Below, piece by piece: positions 30,201 to 42,184 of a stretch of DNA of 64,000 nt. The DNA is taken from the NCBI GenBank assembly GCA_964016885.1, contig OZ024741.1, forward strand, positions 84,196,001 through 84,260,000, in the 5' to 3' direction. The stretch comes from Eledone cirrhosa (taxonomy: Eukaryota). Position 1 is the stretch's first letter; each line of letters starts with the position of its first letter. The notes under the pieces were generated by a model. The model searched no databases. It saw nothing but the letters and a program-made list of their open reading frames with translations, and was not told the DNA's origin. The position numbers were made by a program, and so were the translations under genes.

Positions 30201-32336
30201 TGCTGCAAAACATTACCAAATATTATCTTCGAAATGGTTGGGATCATTATCAAATGAAGGTAAATGAAACTGTTTAACCTTACTTATAAGACTGAATTCA
30301 GTAAAAATATTTTCTCAAATATTTTTATTCACATTTTTAGGGGGACAAATTCTCAGCGATAGTGGAATCTCAAATCTGAAACGGAATCCAAATTTTCATA
30401 TATTACAATTTTTTTTTTCATTTCAGATCTTAACAGTATTTGTGATCCTATTGTTTAAATTATTTAATAAAATAGGAAACGTGCATAATAGATATATTTC
30501 CAGAACATATGTTTTTGTGGAAATATCTATCAATATATTTCTTTGCTAATATAGATACTCAAGGATCAATCAATAAGTGTTGGTGGGAAGAATTTGGAAG
30601 AGGGTTGAGACAAAAACAAATCCAATCTAAATTTTCCAATTGGTTAAATATGGCAACGAGGAGCCTCGATTGTTGCGAAAGGAAATGAATATAAACCCAA
30701 TGAATTTTAGTTATGAAATACTTCTTTTCTACAGTGTTATGATGAATGAAATTAAATATTTTGTTTTTACAAGTAATTTGCTTTTTGATTTAGATTAAGT
30801 AAATTTGTTTTCAAAATTTGGTGAAGATATCTGCCATTTATTTGCATGTGATAAAACATGGAAATTTCATTTTATTTCTCTGTTAAAACTATCTATAATA
30901 CAATTAATTCCCTATTACCCATGAAATACAAGAAAATGGGATTTATCAAATGTAAAAGCGGGAAACGTTGCTTGTACTAAACGTAAAAACAGAATTAAAG
31001 AAGCTTTTAAAATGGTAAATTTACCCTCTACATATTCTAATAATTCACATATCCCATTTACCATCATATGCGTATTTATCTTTATTAGAAAACTTGAAAC
31101 TGCTGGTAATGAGACACCCAACCCCCCAATCTAACTTTTGACTTTCTTCTTCAGGACGTAATTGCCCTTTCGAATCCTTAAATTTGAGATCCTTGGAATA
31201 GGGTGTCATGAAACGAGGGTTTACATGTGTATCAACAGCTAAAAACTGTTACCAAGAAGAATACAATACAACAGCATGTCGAGTATATTATGTGATGAGG
31301 ATTATAAAACTTTTGTCGGTCGATAAGCACTCAACATTTTTACCAACTGATTGCCTGACTCATGAAGTACAGTACTAGTGGCTGAATATTCGATACACAC
31401 GTGCATTGTTAAATTTACCCTCAAGCTAAATCACCGTTACACAATATGTGACAAGGTTGAACCATTACGTAAAATCAATCTGATCGATTCCACTGTTTCC
31501 ATTTACTCAATTTCACTCACTAGAGTGGGTCAAACCGAGGGTATGCTATCCTGCCCAGTATTTCACGCAGTCGGATCAAACCCATGACCTGAATATCAAA
31601 AAGCGAAATTTTTAATATTTGACCATACCTGCATTCATTATATCGGACATATTTCAGAGATGCGTGATTTACATAGGAATCTACGATGAAAATGAAATTA
31701 GGATCAAAATAAATATTTCCAAACGTCTTCCAACCAAAAAGGCGTCGATGAGGAGCGTCTACGTGGTTAAAGAAGCTACTGGCATTAGAAGCCCTATCTC
31801 TCGAAAATGACAAAGAGAGATAAGACAATGTAGTCCCGTTTATCCCTAAATAATATAAAGGGCATGGCAGCTAAGCTTTTCATCGTAAGTCTACTGGAAA
31901 TCAGCGATGATCTGAGGCTAAACAAGAAGATCAAGACAAATAACAAGATCACTGGAACCTTAACATAAAACCAGGCATATTTACAAAATAAAGCCAATAT
32001 AAGCGGATCTATTCTTCAAAGACAGCCGGGGAAAGCAACATAAGCTGGCATGAATGAAAGAATGATTCCCAGAAAAAATGAAATGCCTCGTGATGAGAAA
32101 AGGAAATGCTTGGAAATGGAAATGCGTTGGGAAACTGAAATTCAAGATTTTAAAGTATTTCTTTACATACTCCTGCATCATACAATATCTAAATCTTCTC
32201 AAGTCAAACTAATTTAAAGCAGTGCAACTGTGCAAATGGCAACTGAGAGATTAACAGCTCCAACAATTTGACGACACTTTCATCGGGAGTGAGAAAAAAC
32301 TTATAACGTGCATGTCAGAAATCACCTTCTGACAAG

Positions 32337-32640
32337 TTATGCAGTACCATCGTTCACTGGTCCTACAACCCTGCTGTGTACGTCAGTTATGGCTATGAGG
32401 ATTATGAGTAGGAGAGGTGACATTGCGCACTCTTGTCGTAGACCGACAACCATATTGAATTGTTTCGGTCTAGCACCATTTAACCGCTCACAAATACTAC
32501 GGCATTCGTAGAGCGACATTAGGGAAATAAGACGATGCCATCCGAGCAAAGAAAGAGGCTTACAAAGCATGGTTTGGATATACGTTCTCCCCTTGCACTT
32601 GTGGTACAAGCATGTGCGAACTGTCGTAGAAGACACAGTA
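32337..32640 (-). pseudogene. RTE-like reverse transcriptase fragment
   Basis: RLNGARPKQFNMVVGLRQECAMSPLLLII resembles the non-LTR RT motif GxRQGCxxSPLLF. Confidence 0.65.
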
Positions 32641-33545
32641 AAGGCGTCCTAAGTTAAAACAGGGGTGCACTGTTCTTTGGGGTTAAGCTGGAATCTGACT
32701 ATTCGTGACCATCCTGATTTTTTGTTTTTTAATTTTTTACATTTGAGACAATGTCTTATTTTACTGCATAACAAGGTGTGTGTTAGGTAGACGATCACAC
32801 TCTCAATAATTATGTAAATACAATTTTGTAATCATTTTTCGTAATGCGATATAAGAAACAATTTCATATTTTACATTAATATATAACTACAACACCTAAA
32901 TGGTATCGCATCTATGTGTCAAAGGACAATGTGCTAAATTCGTTTCTTGGTGACACAAGCAATTTACAATAAAAACTTTCGGAATCGGTGCAGAGATCTA
33001 TATAAACGTCTAATTTGAGGCGCTAATGCTGCTGACAGTATGTTAAAATTATGTATGTTGTGATTAGCTATACTATAACCTAGCTGGATTTTATACAGGT
33101 GCGTCTGAAATAATGCACCATAACCATGCCCAGAAGACAACAGAGAGATTGACATACTTTAGATATACATTTCACTTACCGATGCATGATACCTATTCAC
33201 AACGCTTCAAATATTTTTTATCAATAAACACTGAAATCTTACGTGAATAGATAACAGAAAATAAATTCAATTTGTCTTGGTAATAATCTTTGTTTGAATA
33301 CAAGTGCGTCTCGGATAATTAGAATATTAAAGAAAAAATGAATATTAAAGAACGTTAATATACTTATGTGCAATAGATCTGGTGGAAGTGAGCATCATAT
33401 CAGTAAACAATTTCACATATTCTGAGGATGATTAAAGTAGACTAAGAACATACCAATATGTGAATTCGGCATTTCTCTTAATATTAATCTGTGTGAGCAC
33501 TCGTGCTTTGGACCTCCGTGTGAAATTTCGGTAATCTAAACTAAA

Positions 33546-33613
<68 letters not shown>

Positions 33614-33650
33614 ATTAAATAAATGGAAACTATATTTATAAAACCATATT

Positions 33651-33716
33651 TATTTCATTATATATATTTCAGGGATATCATATTAACAATATGCTATGCC
33701 TTCCTCAGACAAAATA
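33651..33716 (-). ncRNA. Hammerhead ribozyme in 3' pLTR
   Basis: Same sequence as 38928-38993. Confidence 0.8.
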
Positions 33717-35087
33717 CAATATAAACAGTTTTATAGATAAATAGATTCGACATACCGTAACAACATCGACTTGTATTTGAAAAGGTTGATTTGGCAGTGA
33801 AAAAATTGTACACAGAGAGAAAGAAAGAGAGAAAAAAAAAAAAAAAAAGAAAGTAAGACAGAAAACGAAGAAAAAGAAGAAAAAGAAGAAATGCATGGAA
33901 CAAAATAGAGAGATGGAAAGATAGATAAAGAGAAGAACTTCATGTAAAGAAACAGAAAGAGATATATATATATATATAGAGAGAGAGAGGAAATAGAGAT
34001 AGATACATATATATATAGAAAATTAGGTAGTGGGACGTCTGTTGAGTAAACGTATCAATGATACATTTATTTATTTATTTATTTATTTAGCTCTAGTATT
34101 AATGTAAGGGAGATATATATAGAGAGAAAAAATATAGAGAGAGAAAAAATATAGAGAGAGAAAAAATTTAAAAATAACCAGATATAGGCGAGGCGTAAAA
34201 AACCCTATGTTTTAATGTAGAGGTATTAGTATTTATAAAAACAGCCACTATATTGTAAATATCAGTATTCCTGAATGAGACAAGTATCCATAATGTGTGA
34301 AAATTAATGATCTTATGTTTAGTTTTTTAAAAAAATTCATATGTTTATGTGATAGCTACAAACATCCATGTGAATCTACATGATCAACTCTGCAAACCCT
34401 AGGTTCACGGAAAACATTCTCAATGTGGTATAAACATTTAAGTATACATATATGTGTATTACTATTCCTGTCTTTACTCTACAAGATTATCTATCAAGCA
34501 GAAATAGAGAGCAGATTTCAGTATACTAATAAAAATATATATTAGAAACAAAACTAAAAAATAACAATAATAATAATAAGTAATAATAAAATAGAAAACT
34601 AAAAAATATTACGAAAGAATATTACATATTAAAAAATATTACATATTAAAAAATTTACATATTAAAAATATTAAAAATAAAAATATTAGAAAATACTACA
34701 ATAATAAAAATAAAAATAAACCACAAAGATCAACCCTTCAAAATTAATTGACAATATATTGCCAAGTTCATTATAAGCATCAGAGTCGAAAAACAGATAA
34801 AGCCAAAACATTATCTATCAAATCATCTCTAGCAAAGATCATTTCAAAAAAGATCATTTCAAAAAGTTTAGGATGCCCAATTTGGTCTACATGTGTTCTT
34901 ATATTTAATATAGAAGTTTATCTAGTGTAACGTTTATTCGAAATATTTGGAGCATCAGCTTTTAGGGTAGTTAATTTTTCATGAGGAATGTTTAAATAAA
35001 AATAAAATAAAAATAAAAAGAATAAAAAGAAGGAATCAAAGATTTATCGGCTAGTTTCCCATATAATTATAAATCAAACTAAATATA

Positions 35088-35753
35088 CTACATTTTAAAT
35101 TTAAATTTATATTTAAACGTTGAGTTTAATCTATGTTTGCAAAAACTGAATAAATTTGTCCGTAGATTAAGGGAATTTTTAGATTTTAGTATAAAGAATA
35201 TCTCCTCTGCGCAGAGGTCACATGTCTCAGAGGATGAATTAAAAGGAATCCCTCTTGAGACTATATTCCAAGCCGTCGAATATCTAACGTTATCTAGCTT
35301 AAGTTGCCAGAGTACGCCTGATAGTGCCGTTGAAGATTTTTTGCTTGGATCTGTGAAAGAATTCTTGTGGTTATTATAGCGAAGTTTAAATTCCGTCGAT
35401 GTGGAACCGACGTAGTTAAAAGAATTAGAGTCAGTATTAACATTACAATTGTATACTATATTTTTAACTAAGCAGTTGTTATTTAACGGACATTTAGATC
35501 TATCTCTACAGTTACATTTGTTAACTTGTATATTATTTATGCTATTATCACTAGGTTTTAAGTTCCTATTATTTATTCTATTAATATTTTGTGCTAAATT
35601 TTTGGTGGATGAGTAGGTTAATTTTATTGTATGTCTATTGAAAATTGAGTGATACCTATGTGTTCTAGGGAAGCGATTATCAAGAGCTTTGAAAAATAGT
35701 TTAGCGATGTGGGTTTTAATGTTTAGTGAGAAAGGGGGGGGGGGGCAAACCAA
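35088..35753 (-). CDS. PLE protein C-terminal part: thumb, linker and GIY-YIG endonuclease (out of frame with RT at a G12 run)
   Basis: PPFSLNIKTHIAK, IFNRHTIKLTYSS, CNCRDRSKCPL, NIVYNC...YVGST...RYNNH, CDLCAEE, CKH. Confidence 0.9.
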   Translation of the reverse strand: MVCPPPPFSLNIKTHIAKLFFKALDNRFPRTHRYHSIFNRHTIKLTYSSTKNLAQNINRINNRNLKPSDNSINNIQVNKCNCRDRSKCPLNNNCLVKNIVYNCNVNTDSNSFNYVGSTSTEFKLRYNNHKNSFTDPSKKSSTALSGVLWQLKLDNVRYSTAWNIVSRGIPFNSSSETCDLCAEEIFFILKSKNSLNLRTNLFSFCKHRLNSTFKYKFKFKM

Positions 35754-37306
35754 ATTATGTTCCTAGTTCTATTTCTTTTTTGGCCTTTGGAATTATTGTA
35801 ATGCTTTCTATTATAGTTGTTAAGGTTGTTGCCGTAATTAAAAAAGTTGTTACTTTGTTTAGTTTGTCTATCATTATCTATGTACACAATCTTATCAGCA
35901 TATCCTGCTCTAGCTAATGCTTCATTATAGTATTGGGCTTTTTCGTCGAAAATCTTTCTATTCGACGAGATCCTAGAGATACGTTTTTGAACAGAGTTTA
36001 CTATAGTGTTTTTGACAGATCTGGGGTGGTTAGAGTTAAAGTTGACATAGTTTAAGTTTTCATTCAACTTGTGAAAAAGATAGTGAAGACATGTGTTGAG
36101 ATTTAATGTTATATCTAGGAAATTGACTATTCTATGGTTGTTCTCAATTTCTATTTTAAGATTAAAGTAATTAAAAAATTGTGTAATTTGTTTACATTTT
36201 CTATTTAGTTCAGAGTTATTATTATCAATAAGTAAAAGCATGTCATCTCTATATAAACCTCCGGTAGTACCAGGTATTTTCCTATGTAGCGAATTGATTA
36301 AAAATAAGCCCACAAGGTCAGTTACCTGAGCTGAGTCGGATGATCCCATAGTTATGTCAAAATTGCTATCTCTATCTGCTCTGGTCCATAGTTGGTCATT
36401 AAATTCTATCAAAGTTTTCCTAGCCGATAATATAATATGCATTTCATTGCTAGTTAGGTCAGTATGTTTGAATGCGTAATTTAGTGCCTTATTTAGTAGA
36501 TTAGGGGTAATAGAAGAATAATAGTTAGCTATATCAAGTTGAATAAACTTATTATTATTGTTATATTTAATTTGCTTAAACCACTCAACAACCTCTCCAG
36601 TTCCCTTCCACAAGCTCAGGTTAGATAAACAATCCAAGTTCTTAATTTGCTGTATCACCCTGTCAAGAATGTTTTTGCTTAATTTGCCCAGGTCCGATTT
36701 TGATGGTGCGATCAATCTAACTGGCAGGTCATTTTCAAAATTCCTCTTGTGATCTTTCATATTGATCTTCGGTTTCCTGGGCACGAAAGGTTGTGTTCTG
36801 TTCTCAATTTCCAACTCGTGCATTATACAAGATGCTTCGACATTCATTTTCTCAAGTTCGGCCTTATCTGCTACCTTGTACTTTTTCCTCAGCTCTTTCA
36901 GTATCAGGCCATTATACATGTCTTTCTGCACTCCATAGAGGTTGTTGGTCTTGTCAGATTTCACCAAGATCTTCTCAGTTTTCTCTAAGCTCTCAATGTT
37001 ATCCTTAATGCCTTTCAGATATTCCTGGCCTTTGAAGTTTCTCTTGAATTTGACCCCTTGTATTATAGAAATTATATCGTTTTCAAAGTCAGATAAAAGT
37101 TTGTTAGGGGGTGGATTTCTTTTAGATTTGAAAACTTTGTTTAAGTCCGAGACATTTTCGTTTGTATTAGATTTATCAAAGTGGAATGCTCGCCACCTGA
37201 TTCTCCTTATAAAAGAGTCAGATTTATCTATTAATTGTTTTATAAAGTCTTTGTTTCTAGGTAGAGGTATGTCTTTTAAAGAGGAAGTAATCTTAAAGAA
37301 TTCCAT
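35723..37306 (-). CDS. PLE reverse transcriptase, 527 aa
   Basis: FIRRIRWRA, KSDKTNNLY, KDHK, LDIANYYSSI, TMGSSDSAQVTDLVG, LYRDD, VNFLDITLNL, SNHP. Confidence 0.93.
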   Translation of the reverse strand: MEFFKITSSLKDIPLPRNKDFIKQLIDKSDSFIRRIRWRAFHFDKSNTNENVSDLNKVFKSKRNPPPNKLLSDFENDIISIIQGVKFKRNFKGQEYLKGIKDNIESLEKTEKILVKSDKTNNLYGVQKDMYNGLILKELRKKYKVADKAELEKMNVEASCIMHELEIENRTQPFVPRKPKINMKDHKRNFENDLPVRLIAPSKSDLGKLSKNILDRVIQQIKNLDCLSNLSLWKGTGEVVEWFKQIKYNNNNKFIQLDIANYYSSITPNLLNKALNYAFKHTDLTSNEMHIILSARKTLIEFNDQLWTRADRDSNFDITMGSSDSAQVTDLVGLFLINSLHRKIPGTTGGLYRDDMLLLIDNNNSELNRKCKQITQFFNYFNLKIEIENNHRIVNFLDITLNLNTCLHYLFHKLNENLNYVNFNSNHPRSVKNTIVNSVQKRISRISSNRKIFDEKAQYYNEALARAGYADKIVYIDNDRQTKQSNNFFNYGNNLNNYNRKHYNNSKGQKRNRTRNIIWFAPPPLSH

Positions 37307-37320
37307 TTTTCCAGTTATAA

Positions 37321-37441
37321 TATAAAGCGCTCAACAGTATTGGAGCAAGATACATGGAAAGTTATATTTAAATTGTTGGGTTACAACTAGTAAATATTTA
37401 TAACTGATATAAAAGCACTCGACAAGTATTTGGAGTATATT
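37321..37441 (-). promoter_or_regulatory. Duplicated hairpin motif RCTC-CA...GAGY-GCTTT(T)ATAT in the PLE 5' UTR (candidate RT positioning signal)
   Basis: Copies at 37408-37437 and 37321-37347, each a few nt from an observed arm endpoint; function is inferred. Confidence 0.55.
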
Positions 37442-37484
37442 TACAATATTAAATAAATGGAAACTTTATTTATAAAACCATATT

Positions 37485-37550
37485 TATTTCATTATATATA
37501 TTTCAGGGATATCATATTAACAATATGCTATGCCTTCCTCAGACAAAATA
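37485..37550 (-). ncRNA. Hammerhead ribozyme in 5' pLTR
   Basis: Same sequence as 33651-33716, 3834 bp away. Confidence 0.8.
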
Positions 37551-38927
37551 CAATATAAACAGTTTTATAGATAAATAGATTCGACATACCGTAACAACAT
37601 CGACTTGTATTTGAAAAGGTTGATTTGGCAGTGAAAAAATTGTACACAGAGAGAAAGAAAGAGAGAAAAAAAAAAAAAAAAAGAAAGAAAGACAGAAAAC
37701 GAAGAAAAAGAAGAAAAAGAAGAAATGCATGGAACAAAATAGAGAGATGGAAAGATAGATAAAGAGAAGAACTTCATGTAAAGAAACAGAAAGAGATATA
37801 TATATATAGAGAGAGAGGAAATAGAGATAGATACATATATATGTTTTTCGACTCTGATGCTTATAATGAACTTGGCAATATATTGTCAATTAATTTTGAA
37901 GGGTTGATCTTTGTGGTTTATTTTTATTTTTATTATTGTAGTATTTTCTAATATTTTTATTTTTAATATTTTTAATATGTAAATTTTTTAATATGTAATA
38001 TTTTTTAATATGTAATATTCTTTCGTAATATTTTTTAGTTTTCTATTTTATTATTACTTATTATTATTATTGTTATTTTTTAGTTTTGTTTCTGATATAT
38101 ATTTTTATTAGTATATTGAAATCTGCTCTCTATTTCTGCTTGATAGATAATCTTGTAGAGTAAAGACAGGAATAGTAATACACATATATGTATACTTAAA
38201 TTTGTATACCACATTGAGAATGTTTTCCGTGAATTTAGGGTTTGCAGAGTTGATCATGTAGATTCACATGGATGTTTGTAGCTATCACATAAACATATGA
38301 ATTTTTTTAAAAAACTAAACATAAGATCATTAATTTTCACACATTATGGATACTTGTCTCATTCAGGAATACTGATATTTACAATATAGTGGCTGTTTTT
38401 ATAAATACTAATACCTCTACATTAAAACATAGGGTTTTTTACGCCTCGCCTATATCTGGTTATTTTTAAATTTTTTCTCTCTCTATATTTTTTCTCTCTC
38501 TATATTTTTTCTCTCTCTATATATCTCCCTTACATTAATACTAGAGCTAAATAAATAAATAAATAAATAAATGTATCATTGATACGTTTACTCAACAGAC
38601 GTCCCACTACCTAATTTTCTATATATATATGTATCTATCTCTATTTCCTCTCTCTCTATATATATATATCTCTTTCTGTTTCTTTACATGAAGTTCTTCT
38701 CTTTATCTATCTTTCCATCTCTCTATTTTGTTCCATGCATTTCTTCTTTTTCTTCTTTTTCTTCTTTTTCTTCGTTTTCTGTCTTTCTTTCTTTTTTTTT
38801 CTCTCTTTTTTTCTCTCTTTCTTTCTCTCTGTGTACAATTTTTTCACTGCCAAATCAACCTTTTCAAATACAAGTCGATGTTGTTACGGTATGTCGAATC
38901 TATTTATCTATAAAACAGTTTATATTG

Positions 38928-38993
38928 TATTTTGTCTGAGGAAGGCATAGCATATTGTTAATATGATATCCCTGAAATATATATAATGAAATA
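38928..38993 (+). ncRNA. Hammerhead ribozyme in the inverted arm
   Basis: UAUUUUGU-CUGAGGA-AGGCAUAGCAUAUUguuAAUAUGAUAUCCCU-GAAAU-AUAU-AUA-AUGAAAUA. Confidence 0.8.
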
Positions 38994-39120
38994 AATATGG
39001 TTTTATAAATATAGTTTCCATTTATTTAATATTGTAAATATACTCCAAATATTTGTCGAGTGCTTTTATATCAGTTATAAATATTTACTAGTTGTAACCC
39101 AACAATTTAAATATAACTTT

Positions 39121-39190
<70 letters not shown>

Positions 39191-40618
39191 GTGTGTGTGT
39201 GTATGTATGTATGTTTGTGTGTGTATGTGTGTGTGTGTGTGCATATGTGTGTGTGTATGTGGGTGTGTGCGTGTGTGTAGGGATGTGTACGTGCGTGTGC
39301 ATGTGCGTACATATGCTGGTGCGTCTGTGCTCATGCGTGCCTATTTGTTTTTATGTCCTATATCTCAGCAGTTCGTCAATACGATTTCGATGTAAGATAT
39401 AATGCATTTGGAAGACATAGATTCTGGTGTGGCTATGATCGACTAAAATACATTTAAGGTCGTACACGAGCACGGCCTTGGTATAATAGCAGTTACAGGT
39501 AAAGTAGTATCAGAATTTATATGTTTGAAAACATAGTGACACATGATAGTTGATATTACAGAAAATATAAATCAAGTATATATGTGTGTTCGAGGTACGG
39601 CGGATCCGAAAACGGATCATAGAATTGCCATGAATGTGACAGAATAATTCACAAATGCAAGGAGATTTAGCGTGACACCGTGTATATCAATGCTGTCTCT
39701 ATGAGTTGTAGGTAGTAGTTATTTTTGGAACTGTGTATACTGCCAAAAGAGAATATAATACTTATTTCAAGGACACGATACTTTCGTCTAGAATAGAAAT
39801 ACTGATGTTATGATTGTGAGCGCCGCTTTGGAATTACGAGTATTCAAATGTATAAACTATAATATTTTTCTGAACACATTTTAGTAATACACCTTACTTA
39901 ATATCTTATTGTTTTCAGAAAACAGCTGTGTTAAAATCATGGTCTGGGAATTTGATTTAACGGTTATTCGAAAGATATTCATTGACACATTCGACACAGA
40001 GGCGGAAAACAGGAGACTAACGCTAAAGGCACTGGCTGCCCAATTATCTGTCGAAATAAAACTCTATGAGATTGTTCTATATATGTTTACATAATTCTCT
40101 AAATGATATCTTTAGCTATCATTTATTGAGATCTTAAATGTATCAGTGACAAATAATTTTCTCTTTGATATTTGCTACTCCTTTATTGTTCAGTTGATCG
40201 ACGTGATATATAGGTACTACACCTAGCGGCGTTTATACTCGCCATTGTACTCATCTACAAATATTTACTTCTTTCACCTATGCATGCGTGAAAACATATG
40301 CCATGCTGGTAAAGCAGATAATCACCTCCTTTGAATAATAGGTGAGTTTTAAATATACATCCAAGGAATGCCATCTAACGAAGCTGAATTTTTCAATGCT
40401 GGTTTATTTTATGTAAATGGAATGGCAAATGTTGTCTTATCAGTGGAAACTACAGTAATTAATGGTAGACCAGGCTTGTTTCAGATTACTCTACTGCGAA
40501 TCTCCCCATAGCTAACTGTGTATGACTTATACATGACTAGACCTATTTCGTATTGAATATCTTTTTTAACTGAAGCCGCCGCCCGATAAACATTTGTGAA
40601 TACTTTACATATATATAA

Positions 40619-40733
<115 letters not shown>

Positions 40734-40774
40734 CGAAACATAAGTCAGTTGCATGAACTCAGAATCCTTTATTT

Positions 40775-40830
40775 ACTGCTATATATATTTCGATGAGAGC
40801 TATTGTATGGCTATGACCTCATCAGGCAGT
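40775..40830 (-). ncRNA. Minimal type I hammerhead ribozyme
   Basis: ACUGC-CUGAUGA-GGUcauAGC...GCUcucAUC-GAAAU-AUAU-AUA-GCAGU; the element ends at (TA)n about 50 nt downstream. Confidence 0.78.
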
Positions 40831-41774
40831 TAGTAAGTTCTTAGATATGCCAGCTCTGGGTTTTTGGTGCTGATGGTTTTAGAGCCTTGGGACATATGAG
40901 CTTGTTATGGATAATTTAATGTTGTCAGCAGGAATAATCTTAATTCTCATCGGTCAGTTTGTAGATGCTAGTAGGATTGGTATTTGACCTCAAAGAGGTC
41001 GGTGGTGTTGTAAAGTTCAGACCGCCAGGCAAGATGACAATATTTCCATATAACCGATTTTCACAAAAAGCATTCCTGGTCAGATATATATTCAATTGAC
41101 GTTTATAGTATGAAATTCGATACTACAGGGCATTCTTAAATTGAGGAATTTATGTGGGATGGTAATACTGAAAATTATGGTTAGAGTCAAATATTTTGAA
41201 AGTTTAAATATAAAAAGATTATGTTGGTTGACTTGTACATACACTCACAGCCACCCCCACAGACACAGCCACACATCTATACATACAAATCCATACAGAT
41301 GCGTATATATATGTATGTACACTAAAAGTGCTTATATATATACAAAAGAGGCACCCAAATCCAAGTATATGGCTGACATAAAATGAGGTGGGTGTTATTT
41401 TTAAAGAAAAGTAAAGTGGGTGTTTGGAAAAATTAAAAATTATTGTTTAGACTAGACAAAAGTAGAGTGTGATATACATCTTCCCAGCTTAGGGGCTTTG
41501 GAGCTTAGGCGAATCCCTTAGTACAGACATATACACGCACCCACTCACACTTGTATACCTCTGGATGCGTGTGTGTCTATATACACATGTGCATTCCTAC
41601 AAGAGAGCATACACAAATATACTCTTAAGCATACACTCGAGCATTTTTCAAATGCAACCTGGGGTATTAGTATTTCGTTGCGTTCACATAAGTGCGTACA
41701 TTCACCTAATCCCGGTATACACACACAACGTACGGTTGCGGGCATGCATTCATGCGTATAGGGTTAGTACCTTA

Positions 41775-42182
41775 GGATAATCGCTCTTCCTGTGTGGGCC
41801 AAGCTATGTGGATAAACCCCGGTTACAGCCTCCCACAACGCCCTTTTCCTCCCCTACCCCCTCTGACCACCCCTCAGTAGTAATTTCGGCACCCCTATAA
41901 TAACCGTCCCGTACTTTTTGTCATACACCGCCCCCATAGGCCCACCCCCGTAGCTCCTCACATATTGAAATTAGCAGGGTTTCTCCCCTGTAGGGCTCCC
42001 TACACCCCGTACCGATGACCAATGGGCAACAACACCCACCCATATTGTGTCGTCCCCAAAGTGGATTGTCCACCGGATCCTCTACTGGTTAGGAGACAGC
42101 AAAACCACGTTTTTTTTAACCTGATGAATTCTCCCCCCCCCCCTCCCCCGGGGAGTGGCCCACACAGGAAGAGCGATTATCC
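41775..42182. mobile_element. MITE-like element with 27-bp TIRs and TA duplication
   Basis: GGATAATCGCTCTTCCTGTGTGGGCCA at 41775-41801 and its inverse at 42156-42182, flanked by TA. Confidence 0.75.
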
Positions 42183-42184
42183 TA

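Larger units (their letters stand above)
33608..39124 (-). mobile_element. Young Penelope-like element (Naiad-like) with partial tandem pLTR and inverted tailed arm
   Basis: pLTR direct repeat at 33608-34012 and 37442-37822; 37823-39036 is an inverted copy of about 34792-33608; 88-nt tail at 39037-39124; (TA)n on both sides. Confidence 0.93.

Noticed and set aside
31600-32200. Possible additional RT remnant
   Set aside because: Motifs too degraded to support a call.
33608-37306. Selenocysteine recoding or SECIS, reported for some Naiad-type PLEs
   Set aside because: No in-frame TGA in either frame and no convincing AUGA/AA/GA SECIS seen by eye.
36942-37325. Plus-strand ORFs overlapping the PLE RT
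   Set aside because: Antisense shadows of a real ORF.
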